This document shows, piece by piece, positions 18,301-27,694 of a stretch of DNA of 64,000 bases. Origin of the DNA: Desulfobacter sp. (GTDB lineage Bacteria > Desulfobacterota > Desulfobacteria > Desulfobacterales > Desulfobacteraceae); NCBI GenBank assembly GCA_028768525.1, contig CP054837.1:1391622-1455621 (forward strand), given 5' to 3'. Below the pieces are notes generated by a model that was not told the DNA's origin, did not search any database, and saw only the letters and a list, made by a program, of their open reading frames with translations. The first letter of the stretch is position 1. Each line of letters starts with the position of its first letter. The translations under genes were made by a program, and so were the position numbers.

Positions 18301-19837
18301 CCTCTTCCATTCCAAACAGGGCGCATAAAAAAGATTCCTGGAGTTCCACCCGCATCAGCTCCTTGTCCCGGACCAGGGGCATAAACCCCTTCCACCGTTC
18401 ATTGACAAACTCACGGACCTGGCCCATGCCCTGGGAATCGGCCAGTTCCCCCTTGCGGTAGAGATAGGCGGCCAGGCGGAAAGAACAAAAGGTGCCCTGG
18501 CAGGGGCCTTTGCCGATACGGCTTCTCCGCCCCACCTCTTCCAGGGTGGGGATGGTTCCTTCGGCCTTGAGGTCGTTGACGATTTCATCCACCATGTATT
18601 CGGAGACCATCTCGCATTCGCAGATCAGGGTGTCCCGCCGTTCCGGATTGGCCATCCACACCCGGGGGGATTTGCCCGGTTCGGTCCATTCCCCCTTGGT
18701 GCTGGGGGGCAGTGTTTCCGTTTCGGTAAGGCAGGGATTGGTGTTTTTAAGTCGCCGGGCCACAATATCCGAGGCCTTTTCCGCCATGAGCCTGAAGGTG
18801 GTGAGCTTGCCCCCGGTGATGGTCACCAGGTTGTCGATGCCGTCTTCAGTGTGGGTTTTCAGGGTATAGTTCCGGCTGATGCTCCGGCCGTCCCCCCCCG
18901 CCGTCCGGACCAGGGGGCGGACGCCGGCATAGGCGCGGATATACCGGGTGGTGGCCAGTTTGGGCACCATCTGGGCCCCTTCCTTTATGATGGCATCCAC
19001 CTCTTCCACCGTGGGCCGGATGTCATCCAGGGAGTCGATTTCAACGGAGGTGGTGCCGATGATGGAGACGGTGCCGCCGGGCACCAGGATATCGGCATCC
19101 GAGGCCGGCCGCAGCCGGTTGATTACCGCCTGGTTGATCCGGCTCTGGGTGACCAGAAGAGACCCTTTTGAGTAACTCATGGGGATTGATGCACCGGCCA
19201 TGGCCGCCACATTGTCGGCCCAGGCGCCGGAGGCATTGACAAACTCCTGGGCCTTTATGGTTAATTTTTCACCGGTCCGGCGGTTTTCCACTTGGGCTGT
19301 ATGGATTTTCCCATTGCGCATTTCAAACCCGGTCAGCTTCATATTCCGAAGAATGGCCGCCCCCTTTGACTGGGCATGGGCCGCATTGTCCAGGGAAAGC
19401 ATAAAGGGGTCCACAACCGCGTCGGCCACCTCAAAGGCGGCCTTGAGATTTTCAGCCAGACAGGGTTCCTTTTGCCTGGCCGCATCCACAGATATTTCTT
19501 TGCAGGGCAGGCCGTATTTGACACAGAGTTTGGGGAATTGGGCAATATAATCGTCATCGTCCTGATCCACCGCCACAAAAAGCCCGCCTGTATCTTCAAT
19601 GCAGTGGGGGGCCAGACGCTTGAGCAGCAGGTTTTCACGGTGGCACTCCACCGCCGCCTCGCCGTCCTTGAAGATATACCTGGCCCCTGAATGGAGCAGG
19701 CCGTGGTTGGCACCGGATGCACCGGCATTGATATCCTTCTGGTCAATGAGGATGCAGGAAATCCCTCTTAGGGTCAGGTCCCTGGCAATGCCGGTTCCCG
19801 TGGTGCCGCCCCCTATGATTAATACCTCGGTTTCCAA
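18290..19837 (-). CDS. glpA: Anaerobic glycerol-3-phosphate dehydrogenase subunit A
   Basis: IGGGTTG, GASGANHGLLHSGARY, YAGVRPL, GGKLTTFRLMAE; C-terminal ICECE...GPCQGTFC. Confidence 0.93.
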   Translation of the reverse strand: METEVLIIGGGTTGTGIARDLTLRGISCILIDQKDINAGASGANHGLLHSGARYIFKDGEAAVECHRENLLLKRLAPHCIEDTGGLFVAVDQDDDDYIAQFPKLCVKYGLPCKEISVDAARQKEPCLAENLKAAFEVADAVVDPFMLSLDNAAHAQSKGAAILRNMKLTGFEMRNGKIHTAQVENRRTGEKLTIKAQEFVNASGAWADNVAAMAGASIPMSYSKGSLLVTQSRINQAVINRLRPASDADILVPGGTVSIIGTTSVEIDSLDDIRPTVEEVDAIIKEGAQMVPKLATTRYIRAYAGVRPLVRTAGGDGRSISRNYTLKTHTEDGIDNLVTITGGKLTTFRLMAEKASDIVARRLKNTNPCLTETETLPPSTKGEWTEPGKSPRVWMANPERRDTLICECEMVSEYMVDEIVNDLKAEGTIPTLEEVGRRSRIGKGPCQGTFCSFRLAAYLYRKGELADSQGMGQVREFVNERWKGFMPLVRDKELMRVELQESFLCALFGMEEDDE

Positions 19838-19908
19838 TTTGGTTTTTCTACCCTTATCTTAATGTCCGGTAGTTCCCGTTCCTTATAATGATACAAAGGA
19901 TTGTACAG

Positions 19909-19970
19909 GATCATGTTTGTTCGTTTTTATTCCTATTTCGCCGAATAAAAGATCATATATGTTCTTTTTT
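19909..19970. promoter_or_regulatory. Candidate GlpR/DeoR operator in the divergent glpA / ABC intergenic region
   Basis: Direct repeats GATCATnnnTGTTCnTTTTT at 19909 and 19951 (42-bp period) flank TTTTATTC-N10-GAATAAAA. Confidence 0.45.
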
Positions 19971-20180
19971 TATCCCTTTTGCTTTTAAATTTCAATATTT
20001 ATTATCATTTTTTATCTTTTTTTTTCTTGACTTCACTACAAAACTCTAATATCAAAATTTGATGATGGGAAAATTTAACGTCTGCTTACCCTTACACTGA
20101 TGCTGGTTTGCTCGCTGTTTTTTCGTAACTCACGGGGATAAAAGCGGATACAATTATTTTCAGGAGGCATTGTCTGAAAA

Positions 20181-21290
20181 ATGGGGCTTACCCTAGAAAA
20201 AATTAACAAAGTGGTGGAGGGCGAAACCCACCTTGCCGACATCAACCTTGATCTGCAGTCCGGATCCAGGTATGTCATTCTCGGCAGGACCCTGGCCGGC
20301 AAAACATCCCTTTTGCGAATCATGGCCGGGCTGGACCGCCCCACATCGGGAAGGATCCTGGCCAACGGCCAGGATGCAACAGGGGTATCGGTACGGAAGC
20401 GGTCCGTGGCCATGGTATACCAGCAGTTTATCAACTATCCCTCGTTTACCGTTTACAATAATATTGCATCCCCCCTCAAGGTGGCCGGGGTCGCCGCGGA
20501 TGAAATCGAGGCCAGGGTCAGGGAAACGGCAAAGCTGCTCCACCTGGAGCCCATGCTGGACCGGCTGCCCTCGGAACTTTCCGGCGGACAGCAGCAGCGG
20601 GTGGCCATTGCCCGGGCCCTGATGAAGGATACAGACCTTCTCCTCCTTGACGAGCCCCTGGTCAACCTGGATTACAAGCTGAGGGAAGAGTTGCTGGAAG
20701 AACTCCAGGCCATATTCGAAAAGCGGGAATCCGTCGTGGTCTATACCACCACCGAGCCCTCCGAAGCCCTGAAGCTGGGAGGGAACATCGTGGTGATGGA
20801 CGAAGGGCGGGTGCTCCAGACCGGCCCCACGGCCAGAGTTTACAGGAATCCTGCCACCACCAAGACCGCGGAGCTTTTTTCAGATCCGCCCATCAACTTC
20901 TTTACCGGCGACATCGATACCGGAAACATCACCATCGGACGGGATCTGAAAATTGAAAACCGGGCCCCCTTCAACACCCTTGCCCCGGGAAAATACAAAT
21001 TCGGTATCCGGCCCAACCACCTCTATCTCAAACCCCAGGCCCAAGATGATATCACCATTGATTCCAGGGTTGAAATTTCCGAAATCAACGGCTCTGAAAC
21101 CTTTATCCACTTCAAATTTGACGATACCCGGGCAGTGATCCATGAGGTGGGCATAGACAGCCGGAAAATCGGTTCAGAGATCACCGCCTATGTCAATCCG
21201 AAAAAATTCTTTGTCTATTCCGAGGCAGGTGAACTGCTGATATCACCGGACGGCCTGCCACAAGGCGATTCGGCCCAGCCGGCACAATAA
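20181..21290 (+). CDS. ABC transporter ATP-binding subunit (glycerol importer, GlpS-like)
   Basis: GRTLAGKT Walker A, LSGGQQQ, LLLDEPLVNLDYKLRE, TOBE domain. Confidence 0.88.
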   Translation: MGLTLEKINKVVEGETHLADINLDLQSGSRYVILGRTLAGKTSLLRIMAGLDRPTSGRILANGQDATGVSVRKRSVAMVYQQFINYPSFTVYNNIASPLKVAGVAADEIEARVRETAKLLHLEPMLDRLPSELSGGQQQRVAIARALMKDTDLLLLDEPLVNLDYKLREELLEELQAIFEKRESVVVYTTTEPSEALKLGGNIVVMDEGRVLQTGPTARVYRNPATTKTAELFSDPPINFFTGDIDTGNITIGRDLKIENRAPFNTLAPGKYKFGIRPNHLYLKPQAQDDITIDSRVEISEINGSETFIHFKFDDTRAVIHEVGIDSRKIGSEITAYVNPKKFFVYSEAGELLISPDGLPQGDSAQPAQ

Positions 21291-21299
21291 GGAGAACCA

Positions 21300-22385
21300 A
21301 TGGCGCAGATAAATTTAGATGAAATTGCCCACAGCTATCTCCCGGAGACCCAGAAGGAAGATGAGTATGCGCTCAAGCGTATCCACAACATCTGGGATGA
21401 CGGGGGAGCCTACGCCCTGCTGGGGCCGTCGGGCTGCGGCAAAACCACATTGCTCAATATTATTTCAGGCCTGCTCAAACCCAGCCGGGGCCGGGTAAAA
21501 TTCGGGGAGATTGATGTCACCGACCTTCCCCCGGAGAAACGAAACATCGCCCAGGTCTTCCAGTTCCCCGTGCTTTACGACACCATGACGGTTTTCGACA
21601 ACCTGGCCTTTCCCCTGCGCAACCGGGGATTTGACGCCGAGTACATCAACCGCCGGGTGAGGGAAGTGGCCGAAATCCTGGACCTGGAGCCCTTTTTAAA
21701 AAAACGGGCCGAAGGCCTGGGTGCGGACGCCAAGCAGAAAATATCCCTGGGCCGGGGGCTGGTCCGAGAAGATGTGGCCGCCATCCTCTTTGACGAACCG
21801 CTTACGGTTATTGACCCCCAGCTCAAATGGGAACTGCGGTGCAAACTCAAGGAAATCCACGAAAAGCTCAAGCTGACCCTGATCTACGTCACCCACGACC
21901 AGATCGAAGCCCTGACCTTTGCCGATAAAATCATTGTCATGTACGAAGGGTATATCGTCCAGGTGGGCACCCCCCAGGAACTCTTTGAATACCCCAACCA
22001 CAAGTTCGTCGGCTACTTCATCGGGAGCCCCGGCATGAACTTCATGCCCTGCACCGTGGAAGGGAATCATATCAAAGTGGGCGAGGCCCTGATACCGGCG
22101 GATGAAAAAACCGTCCAGCTGGCAAGCGCCGCCAAGGGCAGCCTGGAAATGGGCATCCGCCCCCTTTACCTCAACATTTCCCAGACGGCCCAGCCCGACG
22201 GATTTGAGGTGCCTGTCACCCGGATTGAGGATCAGGGCAGCCACAGGATTATTTCCGTTGATTTCCAGGGGAACACCCTCAAGGCAAGAATCTCTGAAAA
22301 CGATCCCATTCCCGAATCAACGGCCTGGATCCGCTTTCCCAAAGAATGGATCCGCGTATTTGCGGATGAACATTTACTCAAGTAA
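21300..22385 (+). CDS. Second ABC ATP-binding subunit (glycerol importer)
   Basis: GPSGCGKT, variant signature LGADAKQK, ILFDEP, YVTHDQ. Confidence 0.88.
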   Translation: MAQINLDEIAHSYLPETQKEDEYALKRIHNIWDDGGAYALLGPSGCGKTTLLNIISGLLKPSRGRVKFGEIDVTDLPPEKRNIAQVFQFPVLYDTMTVFDNLAFPLRNRGFDAEYINRRVREVAEILDLEPFLKKRAEGLGADAKQKISLGRGLVREDVAAILFDEPLTVIDPQLKWELRCKLKEIHEKLKLTLIYVTHDQIEALTFADKIIVMYEGYIVQVGTPQELFEYPNHKFVGYFIGSPGMNFMPCTVEGNHIKVGEALIPADEKTVQLASAAKGSLEMGIRPLYLNISQTAQPDGFEVPVTRIEDQGSHRIISVDFQGNTLKARISENDPIPESTAWIRFPKEWIRVFADEHLLK

Positions 22386-22399
22386 GGAGCACGCATTAA

Positions 22400-23275
22400 A
22401 TGAAAAAATGGCAAGATAATAAAGGATGGCTCTTCATCCTGCCGGTTTTTTTGATCGTTGCCTTCAGTGCCATCGTGCCCCTGATGACTGTGGTCAATTA
22501 TTCCATCCAGGATATATTCGGACCCGGTCAGCGGGTGTTTGTCGGAACAGAATGGTTCAAGGAAGTACTAACGGATCAGCGTCTCCATGAAGCCTTGTGG
22601 CGGCAGCTGCTCTTCTCCGGCCTGGTGCTGCTCATTGAAATGCCCTTAGGCATCGGCATAGCCCTGCTCATGCCGGCCAAAAAAGGGTTTGCCGCCTCGG
22701 TATGCCTGGTCACCCTGGCCCTGCCCCTGCTCATCCCATGGAACGTCATCGGCACCATCTGGATCATCTTCACCCGTCCGGACATCGGGCTGATGGGGGC
22801 CACCATCAACGCCCTGGGACTGACCTTCGACCACACGGCCTCGGGGCTCCATGCCTGGATCACCCTCATGCTTATGGAAGTCTGGCATTGGACACCGCTG
22901 GTGGCCCTGCTGGCCTATGCCGGCCTGCAGTCCATCCCCCCGGCCTATTACCAGGCCGCCAAAATCGACGGGGCCTCCTCCTGGTCCATCTTCCGTTATA
23001 TCCAGTTGCCCAAAATGAGGGGGGTGCTCACCATCGCCCTGCTGCTGCGGTTCATGGACTCCTTCCTCATTTACGCGGAACCCTTTGTCCTCACCGGCGG
23101 CGGCCCCGGGAACACCACCACCTTTTTGTCCATCTACCTGGTCAAGATTGCCGTCGGGCAGTTTGACCTGGGTCCTGCAGGGGCGTTCTCGCTTATTTAT
23201 TTTCTCATCGTACTATTATTCTGCTACCTGTTCTACCAGGCCCTGCTCAATGTCGGAGGAGGAGAGGAATCATGA
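22400..23275 (+). CDS. Carbohydrate ABC permease
   Basis: Six TM helices; EAA-like loop YYQAAKIDGAS. Confidence 0.9.
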   Translation: MKKWQDNKGWLFILPVFLIVAFSAIVPLMTVVNYSIQDIFGPGQRVFVGTEWFKEVLTDQRLHEALWRQLLFSGLVLLIEMPLGIGIALLMPAKKGFAASVCLVTLALPLLIPWNVIGTIWIIFTRPDIGLMGATINALGLTFDHTASGLHAWITLMLMEVWHWTPLVALLAYAGLQSIPPAYYQAAKIDGASSWSIFRYIQLPKMRGVLTIALLLRFMDSFLIYAEPFVLTGGGPGNTTTFLSIYLVKIAVGQFDLGPAGAFSLIYFLIVLLFCYLFYQALLNVGGGEES

Positions 23276-24069
23276 AAAAAAGATATATCACCCTGACCAT
23301 TTACCTTGTGGTCATCATGCTGCCCATTTACTGGATGCTGAACATGAGCCTTCGGACCAATGCCGACATCATGGCAAGGCTGGTCTTTTTTCCCACGGAC
23401 ATCACCTTCAGCAACTATATGAAAATATTCACCGACCCCTCCTGGTATAACGGTTACATTAACTCCATCATCTACGTGGTGATGAATACGGTGATCTGCC
23501 TGGTGACAGCCCTGCCCGCCGCCTATGCCTTTTCAAGGTATTCTTTTATCGGCGACAAGCATGTCTTTTTCTGGCTGCTGACCAACAGAATGTCCCCGGC
23601 CGCCGTATTCCTGCTGCCCTTTTTCCAGCTCTACTCCACCTTCGGCCTCATAGACACCCACATTGCCGTGGCCATGGCCCACTGCCTGTTCAATATTCCG
23701 CTGACGGTATGGATATTGGAAGGGTTTATTTCGGGGGTGCCCATTGAGATCGACGAGATGGCCTTCATCGACGGATACAAGTTCCCCAGGTTTTTCTTCT
23801 TTGTATTCGTTCCCCTGATCCGGTCGGGCATCGGTGTGGCCGCCTTCTTCTGCTTCATGTTCTCATGGGTGGAACTGCTCTTTGCCCGGACCCTGACCAC
23901 CACGGCGGCCAAGCCCATTGCCGCCACCATGACCCGGACCGTGTCTGCCTCGGGCCTGGACTGGGGGCTGCTGGCCGCCGCCGGCATCCTGACCATCGTA
24001 CCCGGTGCCCTGGTTATCTACTTTGTCAGAAACTATCTTGCCAAGGGCTTTGCCCTGGGCCGCGTATAA
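23272..24069 (+). CDS. Carbohydrate ABC permease
   Basis: Six TM helices; IDEMAFIDG loop; ATGA overlap with the upstream gene. Confidence 0.9.
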   Translation: MKKRYITLTIYLVVIMLPIYWMLNMSLRTNADIMARLVFFPTDITFSNYMKIFTDPSWYNGYINSIIYVVMNTVICLVTALPAAYAFSRYSFIGDKHVFFWLLTNRMSPAAVFLLPFFQLYSTFGLIDTHIAVAMAHCLFNIPLTVWILEGFISGVPIEIDEMAFIDGYKFPRFFFFVFVPLIRSGIGVAAFFCFMFSWVELLFARTLTTTAAKPIAATMTRTVSASGLDWGLLAAAGILTIVPGALVIYFVRNYLAKGFALGRV

Positions 24070-24078
24070 GGAGGCTCC

Positions 24079-24357
24079 ATGAAACTTGACTGGATGGCAT
24101 GGACCATACCTACGGCATGTTTTTTTTCATTCATCGTCCTGATGCTCATCGGAATGACCATCTGGGAAATCAAATCCCCGACGATTAAACGGAAAGGATT
24201 TCTCCCCATTGCCACAACACGGGGGGACAGGCTTTTCGTCGGTCTGCTGGTGACCGCCTATATCCATCTGGCATGGATCGGGCTCACCGAGCTGACCATA
24301 TGGTTTGCCCTCGGCATCTCCCTTGTCTGGATGGCAGTGGTGATGCGCTGGGGTTAG
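24079..24357 (+). CDS. DUF2160 small membrane protein (GlpU-like)
   Basis: WMAWT...RKGFLPIATTRGDRLFVGL signature. Confidence 0.85.
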   Translation: MKLDWMAWTIPTACFFSFIVLMLIGMTIWEIKSPTIKRKGFLPIATTRGDRLFVGLLVTAYIHLAWIGLTELTIWFALGISLVWMAVVMRWG

Positions 24358-24467
24358 AAGTGTTGTGTATGCCCAGGCACCGGCTTTTTTTTTATAGGCC
24401 TTCAAGCCGGTGCCCGGGCGGCTGTTATTCTCAAACCGTTAGCTGAAGGCCTTGGGAGGATTGTCAG

Positions 24468-26171
24468 ATGAAAAAAGTATTGGCCGCCGTTACGGCACTT
24501 TGCCTCATGTCCCTGCCGGCCTGGGCCGGAATGGACGCAGCAAAGAAATGGGTGGACAGCGAATTCCAGCCGTCGACCCTGTCAAAAGCAGAGCAGCTCA
24601 AGGAAATGGAGTGGTTCATCAAAGCCGCCGCGCCGTTCAAGGGCATGGAAATCAAGGTGGTTTCAGAAACCATCCCCACCCATGAGTATGAATCAAAAAC
24701 CCTGGCCAAGGCCTTTGAAGAAATCACCGGCATCAAGGTGACCCATGACCTGATCCAGGAAGGCGATGTCATCGAAAAACTCCAGGTGCAGATGCAGTCC
24801 GGCAAAAACGTATTTGACGCCTATGTCAACGACTCCGACCTCATCGGTACCCATTACCGCTACGGCCAGGTAACCAACCTCACCGACTGGATGGCCGGCA
24901 AGGGCAAAGACGTCACCCTGCCCACACTGGACATCAACGACTTCATGGGCAAATCCTTCACCACCGGCCCCGACGGCAAGCTTTACCAGCTGCCCGACCA
25001 GCAGTTCGCCAACCTCTACTGGTTCAGGTACGACTGGTTCAGCCGCCCGGATTTCAAGAAAAAATTTAAAGAACTCTACGGCTATGAACTGGGCGTGCCC
25101 GTCAACTGGTCCGCCTATGACGACATTGCCGACTTCTTTGGCAACCATGTCAAGGAAATCGACGGCAAAGCCGTATACGGCCACATGGACTACGGCAAGA
25201 AAGCACCGGATCTTGGCTGGCGGTTCACCGATGCCTGGCTCTCCATGGCCGGCTGCGGCGACAAGGGCCTTCCCAACGGCAAGCCCGTTGACGAATGGGG
25301 CATCCGTGTAAACGAAAAGAACCAGCCCGTGGGCTCTTCTGTGGAACGCGGCGGTGCCACCAACTCTCCTGCCGCCAAATATGCGCTTCGCAAATACATG
25401 GAATGGCTGAGAAAATACGCCCCTCCGGGCGCCCTTGGAATGGACTTTTACCAGTCCCTGCCCGCCCTTGCCAAAGGCAACGTGGCCCAGCAGATCTTCT
25501 GGTACACCGCCTTCACCGCCGACATGGTTAAAGAGGGTACCCCTGTTGTCAATGAAGACGGCACCCCCAAATGGCGGATGGCACCCTCCCCCCACGGCCC
25601 CTACTGGGAAGAAGGCATGAAACTGGGTTACCAGGACTGCGGTTCCTGGACCCTGCTGAACTCCACCCCGGTTGACCGCCGGAAGGCCGCCTGGCTCTAT
25701 GCCCAGTTCGTGGTTTCCAAAACCGTCTCCCTGAAAAAGGCCCATGTGGGCCTCACCCCCATCCGTGATACGGACATCCATCACCAGTCCTTCACCGACC
25801 GCGCCCCCAAACTGGGCGGACTGGTGGAATTCTACCGGAGTCCTGCCCGGGTACAGTGGACTCCCACCGGCACCAACGTGCCTGATTACCCGAAACTGGC
25901 CCAGCTCTGGTGGCAGAACATCGGTGAAGCCGTTTCCGGCGAAGTCACCGTATCCCGCGCCATGGACAACCTGGCCAAAGAACAGGACAAAATCCTGGCC
26001 CGTATCGAACGTGCCGGCATCCAGGGCGACAAAGGCCCCAAACTCAACAAAAAGGTTGATCCAGAAGAATGGCTGAAAAAGCCGGGATCTCCCAAGGCCA
26101 AACTGGCCAATGAAAAGCCCCAGGGCATTACCGTGGATTACGACGAGCTGATCAAGACCTGGCAGAAGTAA
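24468..26171 (+). CDS. ABC solute-binding protein (glycerol, GlpV-like)
   Basis: Signal peptide; EFQPSTLS..EQLKEMEWF, VSETIPTHEYE, LPDQQFANLYWFRYDWF and QWTPTGTNVPDYPKLAQLWW. Confidence 0.88.
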   Translation: MKKVLAAVTALCLMSLPAWAGMDAAKKWVDSEFQPSTLSKAEQLKEMEWFIKAAAPFKGMEIKVVSETIPTHEYESKTLAKAFEEITGIKVTHDLIQEGDVIEKLQVQMQSGKNVFDAYVNDSDLIGTHYRYGQVTNLTDWMAGKGKDVTLPTLDINDFMGKSFTTGPDGKLYQLPDQQFANLYWFRYDWFSRPDFKKKFKELYGYELGVPVNWSAYDDIADFFGNHVKEIDGKAVYGHMDYGKKAPDLGWRFTDAWLSMAGCGDKGLPNGKPVDEWGIRVNEKNQPVGSSVERGGATNSPAAKYALRKYMEWLRKYAPPGALGMDFYQSLPALAKGNVAQQIFWYTAFTADMVKEGTPVVNEDGTPKWRMAPSPHGPYWEEGMKLGYQDCGSWTLLNSTPVDRRKAAWLYAQFVVSKTVSLKKAHVGLTPIRDTDIHHQSFTDRAPKLGGLVEFYRSPARVQWTPTGTNVPDYPKLAQLWWQNIGEAVSGEVTVSRAMDNLAKEQDKILARIERAGIQGDKGPKLNKKVDPEEWLKKPGSPKAKLANEKPQGITVDYDELIKTWQK

Positions 26172-26202
26172 TTCTGCCGTTTTACGGCATCGTCTGAAAA
26201 CC

Positions 26203-26232
26203 CAGGGGGGCATTTATTTTAATGCCCCCCTG
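26203..26232. terminator. Hairpin after the SBP gene
   Basis: 12-bp perfect stem CAGGGGGGCATT / AATGCCCCCCTG. Confidence 0.55.
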
Positions 26233-26261
26233 CTGTATCACCAACCAACGGGGAAAAAAGC

Positions 26262-27032
26262 ATGGCATATATACCCGCAGAACGGCAGTCCAGAATCCGC
26301 TCCATCATCGAAGAGAAAGGGGTGGTCAAGGTCATTGAGCTGAGCAAGCAATTCAAGGTTACGGAACTGACCATCAGAAGAGACCTTGACGCCCTGGAAA
26401 AAGAAGGTATCCTGGACCGTACCCACGGCGGGGCCATCCTGCGCCACCGGATGAAAACCGAACCCCTTTACACGGAAAAAGACCGGATCAAGCGCAGGGA
26501 AAAGGAACTCATCGGCAGGGCCGTCAACCGGGTGGTGGAATCCGGGGATACCCTGCTCATCAACACCGGCTCCACCACCTCCCAGGTGCTGCGACACCTT
26601 TCAGGCAAAAACCTGAGGGTGATCACCTCCAATGCCAATGCCCTGACCGCGGTCACCGACCCCAACATCGAACTCATCCTCACTGGGGGCCTGTTCCGGC
26701 GGGAGTCCAACTCCATGATCGGCTTTTTTGCCCATTCAGTCCTGGACCAGGTCTGCGGTTCCAAGGCCATCATCGGGGTGGACGGACTGAGCATTAAATT
26801 CGGCTTGACCACGCCCATCCAGCAGGAGGCCGAGGTCACCCGGCTGATGATCGAACAGACCCAGGGGCCGGTGGTGGTGGTCACCGACCATACCAAAATC
26901 GGGGTGGTCTCCAACTTTGTCACCGCTCCCATTAAAAAAATCGATATCCTCATCACCGATGCCGGCATCAAACCGGATTTCAAAAAAATGCTGGAGGACC
27001 TGGGGATCCAGGTGATCATTGCCCGCGAATAA
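26262..27032 (+). CDS. DeoR/GlpR family regulator
   Basis: ERQSRI...VTELTIRRDLDALEKEG..RTHGGA HTH; NTGSTT; DHTKIG. Confidence 0.92.
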   Translation: MAYIPAERQSRIRSIIEEKGVVKVIELSKQFKVTELTIRRDLDALEKEGILDRTHGGAILRHRMKTEPLYTEKDRIKRREKELIGRAVNRVVESGDTLLINTGSTTSQVLRHLSGKNLRVITSNANALTAVTDPNIELILTGGLFRRESNSMIGFFAHSVLDQVCGSKAIIGVDGLSIKFGLTTPIQQEAEVTRLMIEQTQGPVVVVTDHTKIGVVSNFVTAPIKKIDILITDAGIKPDFKKMLEDLGIQVIIARE

Positions 27033-27219
27033 ACGGCCATGGGCCGCCCCGGTCTTTCACAGGGGGTTGCCCGCAACAAATTATGAAATAACTCAAATGG
27101 TTTGCTCAGTTCTTTCATATAAACATCAGGCAGATTATTGGTTGACAGGGAAGGCTGAAACTTTCTAAGTTCACCATGTTGACATTCTAACCACGATCTT
27201 CTTTCTGCAGGGGGTATAT

Positions 27220-27687
27220 ATGGCGGCTGTCCTTGGATTCTACGTTCTATTTCCGGCGCTCATCATTTATCTGTGCATCCGGTTCCCCCTGGCCGATAAA
27301 ATCGGAATGATCATCCTCTGCTATGCCGCCGGGCTGATCCTGGGCAATATCCACATCCTGCCCGCAGGATCGGAAACCATGCAGAACAGCATCTGCGAGG
27401 CCACAGTGGCCCTCTCCCTGCCCCTGCTGGGCTATGTGCTTTGCTGTGTTTTCGGGTCCATGGCCCTCCACGGCCTCTTCTGCAGGATATTCAAAATTGA
27501 TACGGACACCTTTATCATCACCTCGGCCTCGGCCATCTGCTCGCCCCCCTTTGTGCCGGTGGTGGCAGGGGCCCTGAAAAACCGTGCCATCATCCTGTCC
27601 GGCCTGACCACGGGCATCATCGGATATGCCGTGGGCAATTACCTGGGCATCACCATGGCCTATATTGTTAAATCCCTTTTACAGTGA
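27220..27687 (+). pseudogene. DUF819-family gene with an apparent in-frame internal deletion (pseudogene or mini-variant)
   Basis: N-terminal DUF819 part (KIGMIILCYAAGLILGN...LSLPL) joined directly to the C-terminal part (LGYV...SPPFVPVVAGALKN...IIGYAVGNYLG); 155 aa. Confidence 0.55.
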
Positions 27688-27694
27688 GGACACC

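Noticed and set aside
24693-26213. 506-aa antisense ORF, and similar ones at 27905-28861, 38241-39200 and 39566-41167
   Set aside because: These are shadow frames of GC3-biased genes, with no RBS or recognisable motifs
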